Positions 1 to 7,956 of a stretch of DNA of 64,000 bases are shown in pieces. Location of the stretch: assembly GCA_017645905.1 (NCBI GenBank), contig JAGCNO010000127.1, positions 3,756 to 67,755 of the forward strand. Reading direction: 5' to 3'. The translations under genes were made by a program, and so were the position numbers. The DNA is from Prevotella sp. (GTDB lineage Bacteria; Bacteroidota; Bacteroidia; Bacteroidales; Bacteroidaceae). The notes under the pieces were generated by a model. The model saw only the letters and a list, made by a program, of their open reading frames with translations, was not told where the DNA came from and made no database searches. Each line of letters opens with the position of its first letter. The stretch's first letter is position 1.

Positions 1-661
1 GGAAGTCGGGCGTCTTGTTCCCGCTTTCAGGGATGTCGGTGCGCAGGGCGTCGAAGTAGTCACGCTGTTGCTCGTAGGCCGCAAACATCAGTCCGATGCT
101 GAAAGCAGAGTTCACCACATATTTATTGTAGTCGCCTGCATCGTACCACCCGTAGGGCGAACTGATAACCGTGCCGGCAGGGCGCAACGGCGAGGCAGCG
201 GAGTTATGCACCAGCACATGGGTGTCAGCATGTCCCAGCGGACGGTTGTAGGCACCACCGAGGTCAATGGCAACCCCCGAGCGAACGAGATAGAACAGCC
301 GCAGCGATGATTTTGCGATGTCCTGATATGGGCGTTCGGCTACGGTGAGGTCACATGTCTGATTCCCTACACTTACCTGATAGCGACCAGTGGACTTCAG
401 CTCACCAAGGTCGACGACGTAACGGATCTTGCCCGACCAGGGCGACACGGCCTTGCGAATCATGGCCTTTGGCTTCACCGTCTTGCCGTCGGGTGTCGTC
501 ACACGCACTTTTCCCTTGGGGTTCATGCCTTCGACAACTATCACTTTCTCCTGCTGCGGATAGCATCCAACCTGGTTGCGGCGCAGTTCAATGGTGCCAT
601 CCTGTGCTTGGCAGACGATGGCAGCACTAATGGCGACGAAAGTCAGAATCAGTCTTTTCAT
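1..661 (-). CDS. Glycoside hydrolase family 9 (endoglucanase), 3' end outside window
   Basis: Not in the ORF track. Manual translation from ATG at 661 gives MKRLILTFVAISAAIVCQAQ (signal peptide), NQVGCYP (CelD_N-like) and GWYDAGDYNKYVVN (GH9 DAGD motif). Confidence 0.85.
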   Translation of the reverse strand, partial: MKRLILTFVAISAAIVCQAQDGTIELRRNQVGCYPQQEKVIVVEGMNPKGKVRVTTPDGKTVKPKAMIRKAVSPWSGKIRYVVDLGELKSTGRYQVSVGNQTCDLTVAERPYQDIAKSSLRLFYLVRSGVAIDLGGAYNRPLGHADTHVLVHNSAASPLRPAGTVISSPYGWYDAGDYNKYVVNSAFSIGLMFAAYEQQRDYFDALRTDIPESGNKTPDF

Positions 662-765
662 AGTTCTTTCGTTTTTAGTTTATTGGTTATTGTCTATTGT
701 TTCAGCTGGTTGTCGAGCTGCCACCCTGTTTTCGCTTCAAGGAGTGATCGGACGTTTCTTATTCT

Positions 766-1251
766 TCACTGCTCGGCAAAGTGGCCATCGAAGCTGATGG
801 CATCACGGTTCTGGGACTGTACGTGAATATAGGTATTTCCCGTATCATACATTTCAATGCGATAACGATACAGGTCCTCCTTCGTCTTCACGTCCATCTC
901 CATGAGCCACAGATGTGCCTTGGGACGACTCTCACGGTAATTAATCAAGGGAGCCTCGAAGTTCAGACCCTGTTCGGGAGTAATCATCGGTGCCCGATGA
1001 ACCTGGCCGAGATAGGGCAGATAGCTACGGAGCGTGTCGCCCCGCAACTCCAGGAAGAAGTCGGGAGTGACCATCTTCGAGCCATAGCGCATGGCGTTCA
1101 TCGACGTAATATCTACATGCCAGCGTCTCTCGGCAACGGCCTCCGTCACTGCTCTCTGCATCCTGGCCTTTTCCTCAGCCCGTTGCTGCTGGGAGGCACA
1201 ACCCACGAGCAGGACGGCCAGCAGCCACAAGAGCACTTTTCTTTGAATCAT
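766..1251 (-). CDS. DUF4251-like lipoprotein
   Basis: Lipobox LLVGC; GDTLRSYLPYLG motif typical of this Bacteroidota family. Confidence 0.7.
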   Translation of the reverse strand: MIQRKVLLWLLAVLLVGCASQQQRAEEKARMQRAVTEAVAERRWHVDITSMNAMRYGSKMVTPDFFLELRGDTLRSYLPYLGQVHRAPMITPEQGLNFEAPLINYRESRPKAHLWLMEMDVKTKEDLYRYRIEMYDTGNTYIHVQSQNRDAISFDGHFAEQ

Positions 1252-1256
1252 TTCTG

Positions 1257-2165
1257 TCAGTCATTGGGGTTTACGAGGCTGTTTACTTGTTCCATCAGTC
1301 CCTTGCGAGACATGCCCTTGGCTACGGGCAGCAGATACCAGCGCACCGTCCAGCGAAGCGATTCTCCCGGCTGGAGCAGCGTGTAGGCTCCCTGACTTTC
1401 CAGCTCGATGTAGGTCTTGCCACGGTTCACATATACCTGCACCTCGGCCTCACCAGGGGCAGGCTGTCCAGACTGCAAGTCCTGGAACTGCTTCACCAGC
1501 AGCAGGCCGTCGGCACAATAGGCCAGCCAGCCGTGACCGTCGGCGTTCACCTTACGGTTCTGAGGAGCCTCATCGGTAACATACCAGGCAGCGCCTTCTA
1601 CGGTCTCGAAGTTCATCAGCCCTGCAGGCCAGATGCTGTCGGTGGGAGCAAAGAAGATGACGCCGTCACCGTTCGTCACACGGGTAATCTCCCAGGGAGC
1701 CACACGGCGTGCCTCCTGCCCCTCGTTCTTGATGGAGTAGGTCACGACGAAGGCCCCGGCAGCGGCATCGGTCGTGAAGTCCTTGCCCACGCTGAACCCT
1801 AAGCGCTCTGACACGGGGCTGGTGAGGACGAGGTGTTGGGCGTCGTTCTTCACCACCTGATAGGCCTGCTTGTCAAACTCCGGCACGGGAGGCCAGTTCC
1901 ACTCCTTCTGAGGGCTGGTCCAGAAGGTGCTGCCGAAGGACTCCGGCCACCGCGACTGAGAGATGACCTCCTGCTCCTTATATTTCAGCGAGAGGACTTT
2001 GCCGCCCTTTTCAGGGTCGACAATCATCTTGACGTCGCCCACACTAAGGGTGACCGCTGCCTCGCTGGGCGTGGGCGACTGTCCAAAGGAACGAGGGCCA
2101 GGCCCCTGCGCCTGCATCACGGCAGCAAGGCCAATGGCCATAAGTGAAAGAATCATTCTTTTCAT
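1257..2165 (-). CDS. Secreted DUF4380/galactose-mutarotase-like protein
   Basis: Signal peptide; GGKVLSL, GSTFWTSPQ..W.WPP and YIELESQG motifs. Confidence 0.6.
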   Translation of the reverse strand: MKRMILSLMAIGLAAVMQAQGPGPRSFGQSPTPSEAAVTLSVGDVKMIVDPEKGGKVLSLKYKEQEVISQSRWPESFGSTFWTSPQKEWNWPPVPEFDKQAYQVVKNDAQHLVLTSPVSERLGFSVGKDFTTDAAAGAFVVTYSIKNEGQEARRVAPWEITRVTNGDGVIFFAPTDSIWPAGLMNFETVEGAAWYVTDEAPQNRKVNADGHGWLAYCADGLLLVKQFQDLQSGQPAPGEAEVQVYVNRGKTYIELESQGAYTLLQPGESLRWTVRWYLLPVAKGMSRKGLMEQVNSLVNPND

Positions 2166-2174
2166 GTCATAACC

Positions 2175-3773
2175 TTATTTTTCGGTGATATTGAGCACGA
2201 CAACCGACTTTGCGGGAACGGTCATGGTGAGCACGTCGTTCTTCAGCTTAGCGTCCTTGAAGGCGACAGGAGCGACGACGGTGGGGTGCTGGAAGTCGTT
2301 GAAGTCGGCAACATTCTTCGAGGTGAGAATCTCTCCGCTCACGCTCTTGGCCTTGTAGCCGTCAATCTTGAAGTCGATGATCTGCGCCTTGTCGAGACTG
2401 ACGTTGGTGACAGCCAGCACGAGACTGCCGTCGGTGGTCTTTGCTGCCGAGGCAGAGAGCATGGGGCACGGACGGTAGCCGGCATCCTTGGAGCCCTCCT
2501 TCTCCTTGAAATAGGCCTTGCTCACCTGGATGGTCTCCGTGGGAAGGTCAATGGGCAGGTAGGTGGCTTCCTGGAACGGGGTGTACATCTTGAAGATGTG
2601 ATAAGTGGGCGTGAGCACCATGTGGCCAGTACCCACCTGGTCGGTGAGTATCATCGACTGTAAGACGTTGACTATCTGAGCGATATTAGCCATCTTCACA
2701 CGGTCGGTGTACTTATGGAAGACGTTGAGCGAGAGCGCGGCCACAAAGGCATCGCGCAGAGCATTCTGCTGGTAGAGGTGACCGCTGACGGTGCCAGGCT
2801 CCTCGTCCCACCATGTGCCCCACTCGTCGACGAGCAGCCCTATCTTGCCCTTGGGGTCGGCCTTGTCCATGATGGCCTTGTGCTTCTTGATGACCTCCTC
2901 AATCTCGAGGCACTTGCCCAGGGCCCAGTAATACTGGTCGTTGTCGAACTTCGTGGCCGAGCCCTTCGAGCCGTCCCAGCCCGAGCAAGTATAATAATGC
3001 AAGGAGATGCCCTGCATGCGGTCGCCGATGTTCTTCATGCAGACCTCGGTCCAGTCGTAGTCGTAGTCACTGGCTCCCGAGGCGATGCGGTAGAGCTTAT
3101 TGCCCGTATAGTCGCGAAGGTAGGTGTTGAACTTGCGGAACTCGTCGCTGTAGTACTGGGCAGTCATGTTGCCGCCGCAGCCCCAGGCCTCGTTGCCGAT
3201 GCCGAAATACTTCACCTTCCAGGCCTTCTCACGACCGTTCTGGCGGCGCAGGCGGGCCATAGGCGTGTCGCCGTCTGAGGTCATGTACTCCACCCACTGG
3301 GCCATCTCCTTGACGGTGCCCGAACCGACGTTGCCGCTGATGTAAGGCTCGCAGCCAAGCATCTCGCAGAGGTTCAGGAACTCGTGCGTGCCGAAGGAGT
3401 TGTCCTCGATGGTGCCGCCCCAGTTGTTGTTGCGCAGCGAGGGACGCTTGTCCTTGGGGCCAATGCCGTCCATCCAGTGGTAGTCGTCGGCAAAGCAGCC
3501 TCCCGGCCAGCGCAGCACGGGAACCTTCAGCGCCTGGAGGGCCTCGAAGACGTCCTTACGGTAGCCTTTGATGTTGGGGATGGGTGAGTTCTCGCCCACC
3601 CAGAGGCCACCGTAGATACACGAGCCGAGATGCTCGGAGAACTGTCCATAGATTTCACGGTTGATCTTGGCACCAGGCTCATTAGCATGAATGGTAGCCT
3701 TAACGTTCTCTGCAGCTGTTGCCGTCAGGGCAAAAGCCATCGCAATAGTTGCGGAAATAATAGTCTTTCTCAT
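2175..3773 (-). CDS. abfA: Alpha-L-arabinofuranosidase, GH51
   Basis: [22 protein letters not shown] acid/base and DEW nucleophile motifs; signal peptide. Confidence 0.92.
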   Translation of the reverse strand: MRKTIISATIAMAFALTATAAENVKATIHANEPGAKINREIYGQFSEHLGSCIYGGLWVGENSPIPNIKGYRKDVFEALQALKVPVLRWPGGCFADDYHWMDGIGPKDKRPSLRNNNWGGTIEDNSFGTHEFLNLCEMLGCEPYISGNVGSGTVKEMAQWVEYMTSDGDTPMARLRRQNGREKAWKVKYFGIGNEAWGCGGNMTAQYYSDEFRKFNTYLRDYTGNKLYRIASGASDYDYDWTEVCMKNIGDRMQGISLHYYTCSGWDGSKGSATKFDNDQYYWALGKCLEIEEVIKKHKAIMDKADPKGKIGLLVDEWGTWWDEEPGTVSGHLYQQNALRDAFVAALSLNVFHKYTDRVKMANIAQIVNVLQSMILTDQVGTGHMVLTPTYHIFKMYTPFQEATYLPIDLPTETIQVSKAYFKEKEGSKDAGYRPCPMLSASAAKTTDGSLVLAVTNVSLDKAQIIDFKIDGYKAKSVSGEILTSKNVADFNDFQHPTVVAPVAFKDAKLKNDVLTMTVPAKSVVVLNITEK

Positions 3774-3788
3774 GATTGAAAATATAAA

Positions 3789-4649
3789 TTAGGAATTAGG
3801 AGTTAAGAAATAGGGGATGGTAAAGCCATGTCTCTCTTCCGGCACGTATTCGCCATTAATAAGTAGCGTTTTCCAAGGTCGGATATCCTTCAGCATAGCT
3901 TTCATCTCCTTTGCCAGCCCTTCAATGTTGCGAAACTCCTTGTCGTCTTGAAGCTTCACCTTAGCAGTAACCTCACAGTCAAGGAGATTCCCTGAAGCGT
4001 CGAGGCTGATATGCTTCACAGAGAAGATAATACGCTTCACGCCTTTCAGTTCAGGAGAGGCCTCGAGGTGGAGCGGGAAGCGGGCCTTGATGTCTTCCTG
4101 GCCTTTGAGGTCTGACAAGGAAAAACCTTCCGCCACCACCTTGTTGTGATAAGCCTGACAGGCGGTCACCTTTCCGTTTTTGACGGTCAGCACCTGCTCG
4201 TATTCATGGTTCCGCTCGTAACCTGAATGTTGGTAGTAAATCTTCTTGCCTTTCGCCGCCCTGATATCCTTTGAGAGCCAGCTCGCCACGATGCCGTCCT
4301 TCGTGTAGTAGTCCTTGAACAGACGCTGCATGTCGGCTTCGGCAATGCGCTGCTCATTGCGCTGCTTCGTTTCCTGGTCATAGACCTCCACCGTGATGCT
4401 GTCCAAGCAGAGCCGCTCGTCGCGGATGCTCCAATAGCCCGTGTAGCCATCCCAATTAGCGGTAGACCATGAGCGCTCCTTCGGCAATGCCGCCTTCAGG
4501 CTGAAATAAAGTATGGAATCATACTCGACAGGCTTAATGAGCAAGCTCCACCGCTCCCCGTCGATGTAGATGACGTCACCGTCCTGCCCCGTGGCAAAAG
4601 CACCGACGGCGACAGTCAACGCATAAATAACAGCAAATAGTTTCTTCAT
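3789..4649 (-). CDS. Secreted hypothetical protein
   Basis: 286-aa ORF with signal peptide and its own TAACTTTG promoter box; STANWDGYTGYWSIRDERLCL motif. Confidence 0.7.
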   Translation of the reverse strand: MKKLFAVIYALTVAVGAFATGQDGDVIYIDGERWSLLIKPVEYDSILYFSLKAALPKERSWSTANWDGYTGYWSIRDERLCLDSITVEVYDQETKQRNEQRIAEADMQRLFKDYYTKDGIVASWLSKDIRAAKGKKIYYQHSGYERNHEYEQVLTVKNGKVTACQAYHNKVVAEGFSLSDLKGQEDIKARFPLHLEASPELKGVKRIIFSVKHISLDASGNLLDCEVTAKVKLQDDKEFRNIEGLAKEMKAMLKDIRPWKTLLINGEYVPEERHGFTIPYFLTPNS

Positions 4650-4688
4650 TCTTTTATTCTCTATTCAATCGTAGTCATCAATTTTTGG

Positions 4689-4696
4689 CAAAGTTA
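4689..4696 (-). promoter_or_regulatory. Bacteroidota -7 promoter box (TAACTTTG)
   Basis: Matches TAnnTTTG about 40 nt upstream of the ATG at 4649. Confidence 0.6.
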
Positions 4697-4917
4697 CAAA
4701 AAACCATTCAAACTCGGTGTATTTATTCGCCAACTTTAACTATTCGGGCATAAAATATAAAAGGAGAAGACTATTTCAAGAAGTTGGTCTGGAATAATGT
4801 TACGTTAAAGGGTTGGAACAAGCTGTTTAAAAAGATGCTAAAAGCGGCTTTATTTCAGCAAAAAGGCAGGGATAAAGTAAACCCAAATCGGTTATTAGAA
4901 ATCGCGCCAAGTCTTTG

Positions 4918-5107
4918 AGCCGTTCTTGCTCCATTTCATTACGCAAGCGTCTCCTTCGTCGCCGAGCGCTTCATTTCTCATTTCTCATTTCTCATTTAGC
5001 GTAGCGCAGAAAGCCGTTCTTTCGATTCGAATAAGCCGTTCTTTCGATGGGAATAAGCCGTTCTTTCGATGGGAATAAGCCGTTCTTTCTACCAGAGAAA
5101 GCCGTTC
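4918..5107. repeat. Composite dispersed element: 22-bp tandem array + CATTTCT heptamers + conserved ~50-bp module
   Basis: AGCCGTTC at 5012, 5034, 5056, 5078 and 5100; the same modules recur at 16899, 54113 and 63822. Confidence 0.9.
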
Positions 5108-5188
5108 AAACTCTGAGACCATTTTAATGACCGATTAGAGTTGAAATCACGTCGGGATTTGATGTTTTTAAGCTACACAATTAAAAAC

Positions 5189-5224
5189 TCTGTTCAGCCG
5201 AATTGCGCAATTCGGCTGAACAGA
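5189..5224. repeat. Perfect 36-bp palindrome
   Basis: TCTGTTCAGCCGAATTGC|GCAATTCGGCTGAACAGA. Confidence 0.9.
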
Positions 5225-5245
5225 AGCACCGCCCACTTAGTAAGC

Positions 5246-5350
5246 TAATTAGTCGTTTGGGAAAATAGTCGTTTGTTCGTTTGGGTAATTAGTCGTTTAG
5301 TAGTTTGGGAGGCGAATACGTAAACGACCAAACAACCAAACGACCAATTA
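5246..5350. repeat. Inverted pair of 8-mer tandem repeats (GTCGTTTR / AAACRACC)
   Basis: Seen directly, just downstream of the GH3 stop codon; same family at 38601 and 60572. Confidence 0.75.
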
Positions 5351-5355
5351 TCAGG

Positions 5356-7956
5356 CTATTTCACCTCGAAGTCCAAGGCCTTGAGATCCTTGTCGAGCGA
5401 GGAAGTGCCATAGAGAATCTGGTAGCGGCCGGGCATCACAGCCAGCTCATAGGCCATCTCATCGTAGTACTCGAAAGCCTCGCCGTCAAGGGTAATGCTG
5501 GCTGTCTTGGTCTCGCCAGGCTTGAGACTCAGCTTCTGGAATCCTTTCAATGCCTTGATGGGAGCGCTGGCATCATCAAGGCGCTTTACATAAACCTGAA
5601 CGGTCTCAGTGCCTTCGCGCTTACCAGTATTAGTTACAGGGACAGTAACTGTCACCTTGCCGTCCTTCTTCATCGACTTTCCGGAAAGCTTACCATTGCC
5701 CATGGCGAAGGTGGTATACGAAAGGCCGTAGCCGAAGGCATACTGAGGCTGGCCGGTGAAGTAGCGGTAGGTGCGGTTCTTCATCGAGTAGTCGAGGAAG
5801 TCGGGCAGGTCGTCGTTCGAGCGATAGAAGGTGACGGGGAGCTTGCCGCCGGGGTTGTAGTCGCCAAAGAGCACCTCGGCAAGGGCCTTGGCACCACCCT
5901 GACCGGCATACCAGGCCTGGAGGAGGGCGTCGTACTGGCCCTCGACACTTCCAAAGGCGATAGCCGAGCCGGAGCAGTTGACGAAGATGACGGGATTACC
6001 TGTGGTGTGCATGGCGCGGACAAGCATCTGCTGCACCTTCGGCAGTTCGATGTCCTGTTTGTCGCCACCCTCACCTTCCATACGAGCAGAGATGCCGCCG
6101 ATGATGATAATGGCATCGGCACCCTTCACCTCGTTAGCAAGGTCGGAGAAGTCGACGAGCTTGCGCTCGCAGATGTCACCGCGCAGCATGGCGAACTGAC
6201 CGTTGCCGTGAGCGTACTCAATGACTACGTCGTAGGTCTTGCCTGCCTCAACAGGGAAGGACTTATACTCCACGCGGCGGCCAAAACCGAAGCCGAAGCC
6301 GCGACGACCACCAGGCTTGCCTTCTTCGACCACTTCGCCGTTGACTTTTAAGACATAGCCGTTGTCGGTCGTCAGCGTGTACTTCATCTCGCCGGTGAAG
6401 GTGGAGACATACTGGCCGCTGATGCGGACGGAAAGCGTGTCGCGGTTGACGCCCTGGGCAAAGCCCCAGGCACCGAAGGTCGAGAAGTTCAGCTCGTTGT
6501 AGTAGTCGGTCTTGGCAGGCTCGCCGGCCAGTTCCTTGTTGTTGAAGAACTCCACCTTCACGCCCTTGCCGCCGTTGAAGTCCTGCAAGTGGTGGACGGT
6601 CTGATACTCGTCGTTCAGCTCGCAAGCCTTCTCGTAGATAATCTTTGCACCGGGCACGGCAGCCTTAATGCCGCTGAGCAGCGAGTGCTTATGAGCGTCG
6701 GTAGGTGTACCGCCATAGTTGCCGTTGAGCATGTCTACGTCGTCAGCATTGGGGCCAAGGACGGCAAGGGTCTTGATGCTCTTGGAGAGGGGAAGCACGC
6801 CGCTGTTATGCAAGAGCACCATCGACTCGCGGGCGGCCTGGGTGGCCAGAGCATCGTGCTCTTCGCAGGAAATTGTCGACGGAGAAAGCGTCGACCACGG
6901 GAGCATGTCGGCAGGGTCGAACATGCCCAGCTCGAAGCGGCCCATGAGCGTCTTGCGCAAGTGAGCATCGAGGTCGCTCTCCTTGATAAGACCCTGCTTC
7001 AGGCCATCGGCCAGGCTCATAAAGACCTTGCCACACTCCAGGTCGGTGCCGTTAAGCACAGCATCGACAGAGGCCGACAACGGACCGTCGTGGGTCTCGT
7101 GCTGGCCCCTATTATAGAAGTTGTTGATGGCGTCGCAGTCGGTCAGTACGATGGCGTCATAGCCCCACTTATTGCGCAGGATGTCGATGAGCAGCTTGTC
7201 GCTGGCACAGCAAGGCTTGCCCTCGAAGCGCTGGTAGGCACACATCACCTCGCGCACATTGCCTTTCTTCACCAGCGCCTTGAAGGCCGGCAGATAGGTC
7301 TCCCAAAGGTCGCGGTGCGTAGGCTCGACGTTCATCGAGTGGCGCAGGGGCTCGGGACCGCTGTGCACGGCATAGTGCTTGGCACAGGCGTGGGTCTTGA
7401 AATAGCCGTCCTTAGGTTCTTGCATGCCCAGCACGGTCTCAACGCCGAGGACAGCATTCAAGTAGGGGTCTTCGCCACAGGTCTCCTGTCCCCTACCCCA
7501 TCGCGGGTCGCGGAAGATGTTTACGTTCGGACACCAGAACGTCAGCTCGGGGTTGCCGGGATAGTAGGTCACACCCTGAGGAACATTGAAGATGTTGTGG
7601 TCGGAGCGGTTCCAGTTGGCACGGGCCTCGTCGCTTACCTGAGAGAAAACATCGTGGACAAGCTGCGCATTAAACGCGGCAGCCATGCCGATGGGCTGTG
7701 GGTAAACGGTATAGCCTCCCTGGCGCACACCGTGACAGGCCTCGCTCCACCAGTTGTAGGAGGGGATGCCGAGACGGTCGACAGACGCCGACTTGTTCAT
7801 CATGAGTCCCACCTTCTCGTCGGGAGTGAGCAACGACAACAGGTTTTCCACTCGTTCCTCCCTCGAGAGCTTCGGGTCCTGGAACGGATACTTCACTTGC
7901 GCCGACACCGTCGACGTCAGCAGCGCTGTGAGCGCCAAAAGGAATAATTTCTTCAT
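5356..7956 (-). CDS. GH3 beta-xylosidase/glucosidase with PA14 and Fn3-like domains
   Basis: WWSEACHG, RDPRWGRGQET, CAKHYAVH, TDC nucleophile region, FGYGLSYT. Confidence 0.9.
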   Translation of the reverse strand: MKKLFLLALTALLTSTVSAQVKYPFQDPKLSREERVENLLSLLTPDEKVGLMMNKSASVDRLGIPSYNWWSEACHGVRQGGYTVYPQPIGMAAAFNAQLVHDVFSQVSDEARANWNRSDHNIFNVPQGVTYYPGNPELTFWCPNVNIFRDPRWGRGQETCGEDPYLNAVLGVETVLGMQEPKDGYFKTHACAKHYAVHSGPEPLRHSMNVEPTHRDLWETYLPAFKALVKKGNVREVMCAYQRFEGKPCCASDKLLIDILRNKWGYDAIVLTDCDAINNFYNRGQHETHDGPLSASVDAVLNGTDLECGKVFMSLADGLKQGLIKESDLDAHLRKTLMGRFELGMFDPADMLPWSTLSPSTISCEEHDALATQAARESMVLLHNSGVLPLSKSIKTLAVLGPNADDVDMLNGNYGGTPTDAHKHSLLSGIKAAVPGAKIIYEKACELNDEYQTVHHLQDFNGGKGVKVEFFNNKELAGEPAKTDYYNELNFSTFGAWGFAQGVNRDTLSVRISGQYVSTFTGEMKYTLTTDNGYVLKVNGEVVEEGKPGGRRGFGFGFGRRVEYKSFPVEAGKTYDVVIEYAHGNGQFAMLRGDICERKLVDFSDLANEVKGADAIIIIGGISARMEGEGGDKQDIELPKVQQMLVRAMHTTGNPVIFVNCSGSAIAFGSVEGQYDALLQAWYAGQGGAKALAEVLFGDYNPGGKLPVTFYRSNDDLPDFLDYSMKNRTYRYFTGQPQYAFGYGLSYTTFAMGNGKLSGKSMKKDGKVTVTVPVTNTGKREGTETVQVYVKRLDDASAPIKALKGFQKLSLKPGETKTASITLDGEAFEYYDEMAYELAVMPGRYQILYGTSSLDKDLKALDFEVK

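Noticed and set aside
5009-5107. 22-bp arrays as CRISPR
   Set aside because: Variable parts are only 5-6 nt and recur, and no cas genes are present.
5305-7947. Long antisense ORFs (348 and 452 aa; likewise 12023-13117, 17573-18931, 27807-28910, 57953-59428)
   Set aside because: They are shadows of well-supported genes with GC-rich third positions and show no recognisable motifs.
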